DNA of 64,000 bases from Deltaproteobacteria bacterium (GCA_029860075.1 JAOUBX010000001.1:89965-153964); one strand, 5' to 3'; counted from the stretch's first letter, positions 1-9,392 are shown. A program made the numbers and translations. Notes: generated from the letters alone by a model not told the origin.

Positions 1-3000
1 CCCCGAATTAAGGGGAGACAAGCCTGGAAAGTTATACGAACCTGTTGATGCTTTCATGTCTGCTGATGGAACCATCTATGTTGTTGATTCAGATGCAGAC
101 AGGATTATTACCTTTGATGAAAGTGGTGCCTACAAAGGGGCCTTTGGCAGCAAGGGAAGTGAACCGGGAAAGTTTAATGAACCGACAGCAATAACACAGT
201 CAAAAGATGGAAGACTGTTTGTTGTTGATAGTGGTAATAATCGTATCCAGGTTTTTAATACGCATGGCCAATTTCTTTATTCCTTTGGAAAGGGGGGGGA
301 TGAGAGGGGGGAGGTGGATGAACCCGGTGGAATTGCTATCGATAGTCAGGAAAGAGTTATGATTACTGATAGAGATAATTACTCTATCGTTTCTTTTACG
401 CTCGATGGGATCTACCTGGGAAGATTCGGTAAAAAGGGAGATAAAAAAGGGGCCTTTCTTTCGCCGGCGGATATAGCTGTAGATTCACTCGATAATATCT
501 ATGTTTCTGATGACAAAAACGAAAATATCCAGGTTTTTGATTATGACCTGAATTTCAAAAGACTTATAAAGAAAAAATCGCGCAAAGATAAAAGCTTTGG
601 ATTACCTCTGGGCCTTGCTCTTGACAAGTGGGGGGCTCTTTTGTACACAGATGTTGAAAACAGCAAAATACATCGGCTGGATCGAAAGGGGGAGGAAGTT
701 TTTCTCTTTGGCAGTGAGGGAAGTGGACGTGGACAATTCAGCGGTCTTGCTCGAATAAGGTATAATCGCCGTAAGAACCTGATTCTTGTTACCGGGGCCG
801 GGAACTCACGGGTACAGGTTTTCAGGATTACACCTGAAAAAGATGAAAAAGTTATTGCTGCGGCAAAGGCGAGACGAAGGCTCTCCTTCGAGCGGATTAT
901 CCCTCATGTTGCAAATGATATGGCAATGAATGATAAGGGAGAATTCTACCTTGTGCAGTCTGATAAAAGGAAAATTCTTGTTCTTGATAAAGAGGGCAAG
1001 GTTGTATCCCGGTTTGGCAAGGCAGGGAAGGGTAAAAGCCTCTTTGATTTGCCTCATTCCATTATGTTGACACCACTGGAGAGACTCTATATTTCCGATG
1101 TGGATAACCATAAAATCCACGTTTTTGATACAAAGGGTAAAAAGCTTTTCCACTTTGGCGGCAAGGGGAGAAAAGAAGGAAATTTAAGGGAACCCAGGGG
1201 CCTTGCATTTTATAAAGACAATCTATACGTTGCCGATAGTGATAATCACAGGGTCCAGATTTTTAATAAAGATGGAATTTTTCTAAAAAGTATAGGAAAA
1301 GAAGGTGATGGGGCCGGCCGTTTTGATACGCCCTATGATATTGCTGTCAATTCGAGAGGTGAAATCTGGGTTGCCGACTATAATAACTCCAGGATTCAGG
1401 TTTTTGACAAGAATGGTAAATTTCTCAAAAAAATGGGAAAAAAAGGGATGAAAGCCGGGCAATTTTACCGGCCCAGATCTATCTCTATCGATGCCGATAA
1501 CCTGGTTTATGTTCTTGACGGTGAAGAGGGCGCCCGCATCCAGGTTTTTAATGACAAGGGAAAGTATCTTTATTCATTGGGAAGTCCGGGAAAAGGGAAT
1601 CCCCAATTGATGGATGCCCGGAATATTTATGTCCATTCCAATGAAGGGAGCAGGATATTGGTTGCTGATAAGGGAAATAAAGTATTGAAGGTCCTTTTTG
1701 TAAAACAGGTTCCTTCTGTCCCTTCCCCTATCTCCCTTGCCGGTAATGAAGCTTTTAGCCGCTTAACATGGGAGGCGGCCGGGGAGTCCTTTGTTGCAGG
1801 CTATAAAGTTTATGCCAGAGGGCTGAAGGAAGAGGAGTACTCACTGCTTGGTGCTTCCGGATCAGCGGAATTTGAAGTTAAGCATGATAAGGGAAAAGAA
1901 AAACCGCTTTATGTTGTATCGGCCTATTCTTTCGGCGGGCTGGAAAGTGAATTTTCGAAAGAACTGAAAGATGATTTCAGGTTGGGTTATGCTGCTTTTG
2001 AAGGGGGTGATTTTAAGGGAGCCATTATCTTTTTCGAAAAAGTTCTTTCCACTGTGCCTGAAGACCCCAAAGCCCTTCTCTATGCAGGGCATGCCTTTAG
2101 CCGCGAAAAAGAGTATATTAAAGCAAGTGAAAAGTATAAAGCCCTTTCCAGGGTAAAGGGCCATGAAAAGGAAGGCGCGCTGCAACTGGGCCTGCTCTAC
2201 ATGAATCTCGGTGAGCATATTGATGCGGAAAAAATATTTTCCGCCCTCTTAAAGAAAGACCCCGCATTCCTTCAGGCAAAACGTTATATGGGAGAAATAC
2301 TTTTTGAAAAGGGGCTTTATTCACCGGCTCTGGAAATGCTTAATGAGGTTGCTGAAAAAGGCCTTAAAGATGCCCGGATTTACAATATTATGGGCAAAAT
2401 TTACCTCAAGTCCAGTGTGCTTAACAAGGCTGAAAAGGCTTTTAACGACGCAATTAAACTTAATCCCCATTCTGCCGAACTTTACCGGAACCTTGCCGCA
2501 GTTTCCAAAAGGAAAGGGAAGGTAAAGGGGGCCATTGAAAAGCTTAATAAGGCTATCAGTCTTGATTCCAAAGATATTGAATCCTACCTTAATCTGGCGG
2601 AACTTTATATTGAAGCGGGAAAGCTTGAACATTCGGAAAAAGTTATTAATTCAGCTCTTCAAATTTCACCGGACAGCGCCGATGTTAACTATATTAAAGG
2701 GCGCTTGATGACTATGCAGAAGCGCTATGAAGATGCTGTTTTATCTTACGGGAAGGCGCTGACTATTGATAAGGAACATGAAAAATCCCTTTTTTACATG
2801 GCAATGGCCTATATGGAGATGGGGCGAAGAGATGAAGCTGTCAGCCATTTTAAAAAAGCCATTTCCTTTAAAAGTTCCAACCCTCTCGTTTATCTGGCCA
2901 TAAGCCGTCTCTATGAGGAAGAGAACAAACTTGATGAGGCTATTCGCCGCCTGAAACAGTGTGTTGATAAAATACCTGATGATTCGCAATGCCATGAATT

Positions 3001-4909
3001 GCTGGCTCAACTCTATCTTAAAAAGAATAAACCGGAAAAGTCGGAAAAACACCTGGCTAAAGTCGTTCAAATTTCTCCACAAAAGGCAAGCGCTCGAATT
3101 AAACTGGCCTCTGTTTTGAAAGGGCTTGGAAAAACCGGAGAAGCCCTTGTTCAGCTTGAGGCGGCCATCAGTCTGGATGATGCCGGTTCTGAGGCGAGAC
3201 ATCTCCTGGGCACCATTTACCTTGAAAGCAAACAGTTGACAAAAGCGCTCAGGGAGCTTGAAATGGCTGTAAAGCTGGAGGCAGGGAATGCTGCTTATCA
3301 TAACAGCCTTGGACTGGCATACCTGGAACTTTCCAGACCTGACGAAGCCATTGAAGCTTTTAAAAGAGCTTATAATATTAGCGCTCATGAAGTGTACAAG
3401 GCAAACCTCAATGCGGCCTTTGAAAAGAAAACACAACTTGCCGCTTCCAGTGACGGGCCACCTGTTGAAATCGTGCATATCTCTTTTAGTGAGGTTTTTG
3501 CCTCTGCCTATAAATCCTATGAAGAAGAGCCTCTCGGGACAATTTCTCTTAGAAACAACAGTGATGAGGTTTTGAAAAATATCAAGGTTTCTCTTAATAT
3601 CAAGAAATATATGGACTTTCCTTCAGAGCAGCTTGTTAAAAGTATAAATCCCCATGAAACGGTCAAACTTGATATAAAATCGACATTTAATAATGCGCTT
3701 CTCCAGTTAACGGAAGATACGTCGGTGCAGGCTGAAATTTCTGTCCAGTACTTTAAAAACGAGAAAACCCTTTCTTTTGAGCGGAGAGAGTCTCTAACCA
3801 TTTACAATAGAAATGCCATGACCTGGTCCAGAAAGGAGATGGCGGCGGCCTTTGTCACTCCAAAAGATGCGCCTGTCGTTACCTTTGCCCGGGGCGTTAT
3901 CCAGATGGTTCATGGCGAAAGTCCCGACATCGATATGAACATGGGAAAGGCCATTCAGCTCTTTGACGCCCTTGGTGTAAGCGGTGTCGTTTATGTGGTC
4001 GATCCCAATAATCCCTATGCTTCCGTTTCCACCAATAACGGCAAAGTCGATTCCATACAGTATCCAAGGCATACGTTGAAGCACAAGACAGGTGATTGTG
4101 ATGACCTTGTCGTTCTTTATTCGGCCCTTCTTGAAAACCTGGGGGTGGAAACGGTTATGCTTGATATTCCGGGCCACCTTTTTATGGCCTTTAAAACTGG
4201 TATTAAAAGTAAAGACGCCAAAAAGCTTGCAGGCAAGGAAAATCTTTATATCATTCGTGATGAATATGTCTGGATCCCTGTTGAGGTAACCATGGTAGGC
4301 AAGAGTTTTACCGAGGCATGGCGTGAGGGGGCGAAGGAAATGGTTTTAAGAAAGACAAAAGGTGAACTTAATATTATTGATACCCACGGGGCATGGGGGC
4401 AGTTTAAACCTGTTTCCATCGAGGATAAACAGGAAGTGTCTCTTCCCGGTAAAAATAAATTACTGGCCGCAATCAGGGAAGATATTTTCCTTCAGCAGAG
4501 CAAGGGCATAGAGAAGCTGATAAAGCCTTACGTGGAAGCATTGAAGAAGGATCCGGAAAATTACAAAGCCAGGCTTAACCTGGGTATTATTTATGGCAAG
4601 AAGGGTTATTACGAAAATGCGCTCAGGGAATTTGAAGGCATTTTGAAAAAGAGGACAGATGATCCTCATACGCTTAACAATATAGGAAATGTTTATTTTG
4701 AAGAAAAAAAGTATGAAGAGGCCGTAAAATACTATCAAAAAGCGGAGTCATCCGGTGAACCCGACTCTGCCCTCAAATTAAATCTGTCACTTGCCTATTA
4801 CAAGATGGGTAAGCTTGAAAAAGCGAAAGCAAAGTTCAGGGAAGGGGAGAGACTATCTCCGGAAATTGCCGAACGCTTTTCCATCTTCAGATCCATTCTT
4901 TTTGATTGA
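1..4909 (+). CDS. Giant multidomain protein, 5'-partial. N-terminal NHL repeats, central TPR array, C-terminal transglutaminase-like core.
   Basis: The reading frame is open from position 2 (PELRGDKPGKLYEPVDAF precedes the first Met), so the gene starts upstream of the window. Recurrent YVxDxxNxRIQVF NHL-type blades fill the first ~550 aa. Many 34-aa TPR-like units (AxxxYxxA...P) follow. A GDCDDLVVLYSALLENLGVETVMLDIPGHLF motif is typical of the transglutaminase-like Cys-His-Asp core. Confidence 0.8.
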   Translation, partial: PELRGDKPGKLYEPVDAFMSADGTIYVVDSDADRIITFDESGAYKGAFGSKGSEPGKFNEPTAITQSKDGRLFVVDSGNNRIQVFNTHGQFLYSFGKGGDERGEVDEPGGIAIDSQERVMITDRDNYSIVSFTLDGIYLGRFGKKGDKKGAFLSPADIAVDSLDNIYVSDDKNENIQVFDYDLNFKRLIKKKSRKDKSFGLPLGLALDKWGALLYTDVENSKIHRLDRKGEEVFLFGSEGSGRGQFSGLARIRYNRRKNLILVTGAGNSRVQVFRITPEKDEKVIAAAKARRRLSFERIIPHVANDMAMNDKGEFYLVQSDKRKILVLDKEGKVVSRFGKAGKGKSLFDLPHSIMLTPLERLYISDVDNHKIHVFDTKGKKLFHFGGKGRKEGNLREPRGLAFYKDNLYVADSDNHRVQIFNKDGIFLKSIGKEGDGAGRFDTPYDIAVNSRGEIWVADYNNSRIQVFDKNGKFLKKMGKKGMKAGQFYRPRSISIDADNLVYVLDGEEGARIQVFNDKGKYLYSLGSPGKGNPQLMDARNIYVHSNEGSRILVADKGNKVLKVLFVKQVPSVPSPISLAGNEAFSRLTWEAAGESFVAGYKVYARGLKEEEYSLLGASGSAEFEVKHDKGKEKPLYVVSAYSFGGLESEFSKELKDDFRLGYAAFEGGDFKGAIIFFEKVLSTVPEDPKALLYAGHAFSREKEYIKASEKYKALSRVKGHEKEGALQLGLLYMNLGEHIDAEKIFSALLKKDPAFLQAKRYMGEILFEKGLYSPALEMLNEVAEKGLKDARIYNIMGKIYLKSSVLNKAEKAFNDAIKLNPHSAELYRNLAAVSKRKGKVKGAIEKLNKAISLDSKDIESYLNLAELYIEAGKLEHSEKVINSALQISPDSADVNYIKGRLMTMQKRYEDAVLSYGKALTIDKEHEKSLFYMAMAYMEMGRRDEAVSHFKKAISFKSSNPLVYLAISRLYEEENKLDEAIRRLKQCVDKIPDDSQCHELLAQLYLKKNKPEKSEKHLAKVVQISPQKASARIKLASVLKGLGKTGEALVQLEAAISLDDAGSEARHLLGTIYLESKQLTKALRELEMAVKLEAGNAAYHNSLGLAYLELSRPDEAIEAFKRAYNISAHEVYKANLNAAFEKKTQLAASSDGPPVEIVHISFSEVFASAYKSYEEEPLGTISLRNNSDEVLKNIKVSLNIKKYMDFPSEQLVKSINPHETVKLDIKSTFNNALLQLTEDTSVQAEISVQYFKNEKTLSFERRESLTIYNRNAMTWSRKEMAAAFVTPKDAPVVTFARGVIQMVHGESPDIDMNMGKAIQLFDALGVSGVVYVVDPNNPYASVSTNNGKVDSIQYPRHTLKHKTGDCDDLVVLYSALLENLGVETVMLDIPGHLFMAFKTGIKSKDAKKLAGKENLYIIRDEYVWIPVEVTMVGKSFTEAWREGAKEMVLRKTKGELNIIDTHGAWGQFKPVSIEDKQEVSLPGKNKLLAAIREDIFLQQSKGIEKLIKPYVEALKKDPENYKARLNLGIIYGKKGYYENALREFEGILKKRTDDPHTLNNIGNVYFEEKKYEEAVKYYQKAESSGEPDSALKLNLSLAYYKMGKLEKAKAKFREGERLSPEIAERFSIFRSILFD

Positions 4910-5008
4910 TTGGAGTCCCTTGAAATTACTTGAAAGAATTCTTTGACCGGACGGCTATGCGGTAATGAATATTTCATGTGGTGGTCATGTTTCCTGCCAG
5001 TCTGTGTC

Positions 5009-5029
5009 ATTCCCGGCTTGGTCGGGAAT
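5009..5029. terminator. Possible hairpin between the convergent giant-protein gene and intI (ATTCCCG-N7-CGGGAAT).
   Basis: Perfect 7-bp inverted repeat in the 140-bp gap between two convergent genes. No clear U-run follows, so it is weak as an intrinsic terminator. Confidence 0.25.
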
Positions 5030-5048
5030 CCATGAGCTTTACTTATCA

Positions 5049-5960
5049 TTAAAAATCGAGCGGGCTTCCGGTTTTCTTGATGGTTGTCGTCTTGATTGTA
5101 TGGGTGTAAATCATGGTCGTTCGTATGTCACTATGCCCCAGTAGCTGCCGGATTGTCCTGATATCGTAATTAGCCTGGAGCAGATGACTGGCAAAACTGT
5201 GCCGGAAGGTATGAGCACTTACCCTTTTTATAATGCCTGCCTGCTTAACGGCTCTTTTCACTGCTTTATTGACGTGGCTTTCGTGCAGGTGATATTGTCG
5301 CAGTTCTTCTGTCTCGGGTACTTTTGTCAGATTAATTGCGGGGAAAAACCACTGCCGGGGCAATTCTTTAGCACAGTTTTTGTATTTTTTCTCAATGGCA
5401 TTGAACATAAAAGCACCATCATAGGCAGCCTTTTCGTCTTCCTGGAGTACCTTCTTTACGTTTTCAATCTAACCCGTTAGTTGAGGATAAATACTTTCCG
5501 GTAAAGGTACCGTCCTGTCCTTTTGTCCTTTCCCGTCATGGATTGTAAGAATCGCTGTATCAAAATTAAAATTGTTGATGCCTAATTTAAGACATTCAAA
5601 AAGGCGTAAGCCGCAACCACAGAGTAGCTTGACTACCAGATCATAAGGGTGTTCAAGAGAATCGAGTACAAGGTTGACTTCTTCTTTTGATAAAACGACT
5701 GGAATATAAGGTTTTTTTTTGCTCTTACATTGTCTTTATGCTGGCCAAAGTCTTTTTTGATAATATGCTTATAAAAAAAGAGCAATGCATTAAAAGGCTG
5801 GTTTTGTATTGATGAACTACGGAAGATTGCATTAATAATGGGGCAAAAGTGAATTATAAGAACTTGTTTATCAAAAAAAGAGGCTTTGTTTTTTTTAAAT
5901 TGAGAAATCAGGCAATATATTCTTGAAAAAAGGTAATGATTGCGATAAAGATAAGTTATT
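5049..5960 (-). pseudogene. intI: Integron integrase (IntI-family tyrosine recombinase), disrupted.
   Basis: Minus-strand translation aligns with IntI. It gives NALLFFY...PYIPVVLSKEEV...LLCGCGLRLFECLKL...DGKGQKDRTVPLPESIYPQLTG(TAG)IENVKK...WFFPA...HTFRHSFASHLLQANYDIRTIRQLLGHSDIRTTMIYTH. The IntI-specific extra segment (WFWVFA-like WFFPA plus the following helix) is present. The gene is interrupted by an in-frame TAG near 5475 and by a frameshift in a 9-T homopolymer near 5711-5719. No canonical start codon precedes the N-terminus, which is degraded. Confidence 0.75.
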
Positions 5961-6040
5961 AAATTTAATTATTGGTTGCGGTAAGGGGAATTCTACTAAT
6001 AGGGTTTTTCTACAGCCTCGTTAGCTGATAAAACAATTAA
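5960..6040. other. Putative attI region between intI and the first cassette.
   Basis: The sequence tttttctacagcctcGTTAGCT near 5990-6020 resembles the 3' half of the downstream attC site (ttttcctacagactcGTTATATT at 10185-10206). It lies where attI is expected, immediately 5' of intI on the opposite strand. Confidence 0.35.
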
Positions 6041-6051
6041 GTGAGTAAGAT

Positions 6052-6699
6052 ATGAAAACAAATGGTTGGGTAGAAATAATTAAGTCCATTAAAACTCCAA
6101 TTAGCTTACTTGCTCTAATCACCTTGATCGTCGGGTCGTTACTACATTTCAATCCAGATCCAGTAAGTAGATGGGCGGCAATATTTTTGCTTTTTATAAT
6201 CACTATATTTACTATCGCATACGCCATCAAGTATAAGTCGCTATTCCCAACTGAAATAAGATCGATCTGGAGTAAAAATGATCTTCCATTAGAAGAGAGC
6301 GAAAGAGACTCATGGTTAGGTAAATGGAACTGTCGTTGGACATTTAGAGAAAAAGACAATCAGCTTAAGCCATATGTGGATGATATTATTGAAATCAATG
6401 AAATTGGTTGTAACAGTGGTGAATTGACTGGTATGGGCTTTTCTTCCTATATTGAAGGGTCAAAATATTTTCTCAAAGGCCGAGTGTCAAATAAAAGAAT
6501 TGCACACATATTTTATACTAGTTCTGCGGAAACAGCCGGATTGTCAGGCATGGTTATTTTAAGTCGTCCCCCTATTGGTGATATCACAGGATGGTGGCTT
6601 GGTGCAGGGCGTAAAGGTGGAGATATTGGTGGAGGGGTAACTATGGAACGGCATGAGAACAACCTTGATTTCAAGATTAAAAAGTACGAAATCAGCTAA
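6052..6699 (+). CDS. Cassette ORF: hypothetical membrane protein with two N-terminal TM helices and a Gly-rich C-terminal domain.
   Basis: 215-aa ORF starting 30 bp after the putative attI, followed directly by an attC-like hairpin. AT-rich codon usage is typical of integron cassettes. Confidence 0.55.
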   Translation: MKTNGWVEIIKSIKTPISLLALITLIVGSLLHFNPDPVSRWAAIFLLFIITIFTIAYAIKYKSLFPTEIRSIWSKNDLPLEESERDSWLGKWNCRWTFREKDNQLKPYVDDIIEINEIGCNSGELTGMGFSSYIEGSKYFLKGRVSNKRIAHIFYTSSAETAGLSGMVILSRPPIGDITGWWLGAGRKGGDIGGGVTMERHENNLDFKIKKYEIS

Positions 6700-6707
6700 G
6701 TCTTTTT

Positions 6708-6777
6708 AAATAACAGCAGCTATCCAATGGGTCAAGTTGACGCCTAAAAGCGGCGCAACTTACCCATAACGTTATGT
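6708..6777 (+). repeat. attC-like recombination site (ATAAC ... ATAAC|GTTAT).
   Basis: Imperfect hairpin: AAGTTGACGCC pairs with GGCGCAACTT with one extrahelical base. It is flanked by ATAAC (6710-6714) and GTTAT (6771-6775) and sits between two same-strand ORFs. Confidence 0.5.
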
Positions 6778-6794
6778 GTAAATAAGGAGCAATC

Positions 6795-7211
6795 ATGTCG
6801 AAAATGCAAAGCCATTTGGAAATGATTCAGGGGATAATAAATCGATTGTCTCACAATTCTTTCCTACTAAAAGGATGGACTGTAGTGCTAGTTTCAGCCC
6901 TCTTTGCTCTCGCAGCAAAAGACAAGAATGCACTATTCATCTACCTGTCATACTTTCCTTCTATTGCATTTTGGTGTCTTGATGGATACTTCCTGTGGCA
7001 AGAAAGACTTTTTAGAGCTTTATACGATAATGTACGTGTAATGAAAGAAGAAAATATCGATTATTCAATGAATGTCAAAAATGCTGACATTTCGGAGATT
7101 ACTTGGTCAAGTGCTTTTCTTTCAAAAACACTCATTATGTTTCATGGTGTAATTCTCGGTTCTATAATCATTGTAATGCTTCTAACCTTAAAAGGAGGGT
7201 GTAATGGCTAG
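6795..7211 (+). CDS. Small 2-TM protein, SLATT-like (DUF4231-like) putative membrane effector.
   Basis: 138 aa with two predicted TM helices (GWTVVLVSALFALAA and LIMFHGVILGSIIIVMLL) and a conserved soluble segment between them. The stop overlaps the start of the downstream TIR-like gene (ATGGCTAG). Similarity to SLATT is my inference from architecture, not a verified alignment. Confidence 0.5.
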   Translation: MSKMQSHLEMIQGIINRLSHNSFLLKGWTVVLVSALFALAAKDKNALFIYLSYFPSIAFWCLDGYFLWQERLFRALYDNVRVMKEENIDYSMNVKNADISEITWSSAFLSKTLIMFHGVILGSIIIVMLLTLKGGCNG

Positions 7212-7614
7212 AAAAGTTTTTTTTAGTTTTCATTATGCAGATATAATGAATGCAAACATTGTTAGAAATTCTGGACAATTTAAACCAACAGCTGAAACTG
7301 GATTTTATGATAAGTCCCTTTGGGAGGATGCAGAGACTAAAGGAAAGACCGCTATTCAAAAATTAATAGACGATGGTCTTCATAACACTAGCGTTACATG
7401 CTTTCTTCTCGGAGAAAAAACATATGCCCGTCCTTACTGCAAGTATGAGCTTGAAAAAAGTCTCGATGAGAAAAAAGGTATTCTTGGGATATTATTACCA
7501 AATCAAGAAAAACATGGCCCAAAATGGATTAGTAAATATGGAAGAGTATACAGTTGGGACCATAGTAAATTTGCTGATTGGGTTGAGAAAGCTGCAAGGG
7601 ATGCTGGGAGATAA
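7204..7614 (+). CDS. TIR-like domain protein (DUF1863/MTH538-type TIR fold).
   Basis: The N-terminus MARKVFFSFHYAD matches the kVFISYshxD beta-A strand signature of TIR-like domains. The later VTCFLLGEKTYARPYCKYELEKS segment matches the VivliSxnxxxSxWvxxEl helix region. Start overlaps the upstream 2-TM ORF by 8 nt. Confidence 0.6.
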   Translation: MARKVFFSFHYADIMNANIVRNSGQFKPTAETGFYDKSLWEDAETKGKTAIQKLIDDGLHNTSVTCFLLGEKTYARPYCKYELEKSLDEKKGILGILLPNQEKHGPKWISKYGRVYSWDHSKFADWVEKAARDAGR

Positions 7615-8482
7615 CAGTAATAAAAACACTACAGGGGTTGATGGGGTCGGACAGGACTTTAACCTGCTAGATATGTTGCCGGTAACGGCGTACGGTCCGA
7701 CCCCATTGCAGCATGCGTTGATAACAAAAGAAAAGGGGGCACTCAAATTGAAGATTCTATATGCCGAAGATGAGGAAAGACTCCAAAAGTCTACTGCGAT
7801 GCTAATGAGTTGTTGGGGGTATGATTTTGACTTGGCTTCTAATGGTCAAGATGTGGTTGAATATGCCAAAGCAAATGAAGGAGGATATGACCTTTGCCTG
7901 ATGGATGTTGATATGCCCATCATGAATGGTTGCGAAGCAACGGAAATGATACGTCAAAAGTTTCAATATTTTCCTATTATGGGGCTATCAGGAAATCCGC
8001 AATATAAAGATAAATGTCTTGAAATCGGTATGGATGATTTTTTGTCAAAACCCTGTTCTCCAGACGAACTTCTTGCTAAAATCAATGAGCTAACAGTCAA
8101 GTTTGAAAAACTATGCTTTAAAGATGAAACTATTTTTTTGAAAAAGGAGATGCCCATGGACCAGCAACATGCACAAGAATTGAGAGAATTAAAAAAGCAA
8201 GATTTGATTAAAGTTAAATTTGATGATGTAAGCGGTTCAGAGGTTGTTGTTCATAAAAACATTATCAACAAAATTGTTCAGGATTTTAACATCAAAAAAC
8301 AGTTTGTTTCGACATTCATAAACCGCAACCCCGAGAAACCAACCAAGTGTATCCTCTTTGGCAATAATTGCCGTATGCCACAAATGTATCTTGATGGTGA
8401 GGATTATGAAGGCGAGTTGCAAGCAGAAAACGAAGAAGTAAAAAAGTACCCATCCATGATTTTGAAAGCCGAAGAAAAGTAA
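7601..8482 (+). CDS. Response-regulator receiver (REC/CheY-like) domain protein with an uncharacterised ~170-aa C-terminal domain.
   Basis: LKILYAEDEE...DLCLMDVDMPIMNGCEATEMIRQ...IMGLSGNP...GMDDFLSKP is a canonical REC domain (acidic pocket, phospho-acceptor Asp in LMDVDMP, conserved Lys in SKP). Start is uncertain: 7601 overlaps the TIR gene end by 14 nt; 7673 is the alternative. The six-frame ORF's 7373 start lies inside the TIR gene and is unlikely. Confidence 0.6.
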   Translation: MLGDNSNKNTTGVDGVGQDFNLLDMLPVTAYGPTPLQHALITKEKGALKLKILYAEDEERLQKSTAMLMSCWGYDFDLASNGQDVVEYAKANEGGYDLCLMDVDMPIMNGCEATEMIRQKFQYFPIMGLSGNPQYKDKCLEIGMDDFLSKPCSPDELLAKINELTVKFEKLCFKDETIFLKKEMPMDQQHAQELRELKKQDLIKVKFDDVSGSEVVVHKNIINKIVQDFNIKKQFVSTFINRNPEKPTKCILFGNNCRMPQMYLDGEDYEGELQAENEEVKKYPSMILKAEEK

Positions 8483-8647
8483 AATACAAAGCTAATCTTC
8501 GGCGGAACTTTCAGGCCTCTGAAAATCCAACAGAACTTCGAGCGACTTCAAACTGGAGCAGCTCAAAATGTCCAGCCAATGCTAAAAGCTCGTGGCTGAA
8601 AAGTGAGGGCAAACAAAAGTAGGTTGCCCTCAAGAAACGTGGAATTT

Positions 8648-8768
8648 CTAACAAATCAATAAAGAGGGAGCACCAAACATGCGTACTTGATTTTAGTATC
8701 TTACTCCGCTTAAACATTGTCGGTGGTTTTGGGCTGGTTGCCCCGCATGTTTGGCACCCCCTTATTGT
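8648..8768 (+). repeat. VCR-like attC site, copy A of a repeated ~110-bp element.
   Basis: CTAACaaatcaATAAAGAGGGAgcaccAAACATGCGTACTTGATTTT ... GCCCCGCATGTTTGGcaccCCCTTATTGT. The terminal arms are inverse complements with bulges and the centre is variable. It lies between the REC-gene stop and the next cassette ORF and is nearly identical at its ends to copy B at 11613-11721. Confidence 0.55.
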
Positions 8769-8787
8769 GTCGTAATGCTTTTAAAAC

Positions 8788-9243
8788 ATGAAAGAATGCC
8801 CAACATTTGAAAATGCAATCCAGTCCTTTGAAGGATTTTTGAAATCAGAGAATAAATCCCAGGCGATTCAATGGTTATTTCGTGAAGATATCACAACTTA
8901 CAAATTAAAAATGTGGATCAAAATCCCTTATTTTGAAAATCACTGGGAGGTAGCAAAGAAAATTTACCAATTGGGGTTAGATCGTGGGTTCGGTATCAGA
9001 ATCATCCAGATTGGTTCTATTAATAATGATTCTTTATGCTACATCTGGTTGCCACAAGATGAATTAGATATGGACCAATCAATGATGGACCATAATCTGA
9101 AATTAAGTATTTCTCAAACAAACCGGGGGATTACTCCGATTAAAAATAGCGGTTTCTGGAATTTAATAAAATGGGTAAACTCCAAGAGGGGCTACAATTA
9201 TTTAGAAAGTGATATGCCAAGTAGAAAATCATTGATGGTATAA
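8788..9243 (+). CDS. Cassette ORF: hypothetical soluble protein (151 aa).
   Basis: ORF begins 20 bp after the attC-like repeat, on the same strand as all other cassettes. No recognisable domain. Confidence 0.5.
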   Translation: MKECPTFENAIQSFEGFLKSENKSQAIQWLFREDITTYKLKMWIKIPYFENHWEVAKKIYQLGLDRGFGIRIIQIGSINNDSLCYIWLPQDELDMDQSMMDHNLKLSISQTNRGITPIKNSGFWNLIKWVNSKRGYNYLESDMPSRKSLMV

Positions 9244-9392
9244 CAATGAAATACACACCAACCTGGAACCCTGCACTTTTTTGTATGCTTTTGGTAGATT
9301 TGGAGTGCATCATTTTTTCCGCACTGGCTGGAAGGTCCCAGGCGGGTGATTTAGATGCTAGCCTTACGAAATTAAAGAATGGAGAATAATAG

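Noticed and set aside
4798-5049. 83-aa minus-strand ORF between the giant protein gene and intI
   Set aside because: Overlaps the 3' end of the 1617-aa gene on the opposite strand and has no RBS or recognisable motif. Most likely a spurious ORF in a convergent intergenic region.
7373-7600. Upstream extension of the REC-domain ORF (six-frame start at 7373)
   Set aside because: That start lies inside the TIR-like gene in another frame. The REC domain begins ~120 codons later. In-frame Met codons at 7601 and 7673 are better supported.
8511-8717. 68-aa minus-strand ORF
   Set aside because: Lies wholly within the inter-cassette repeat/attC region, on the strand opposite all cassettes. Interpreted as a chance ORF across a structured repeat.
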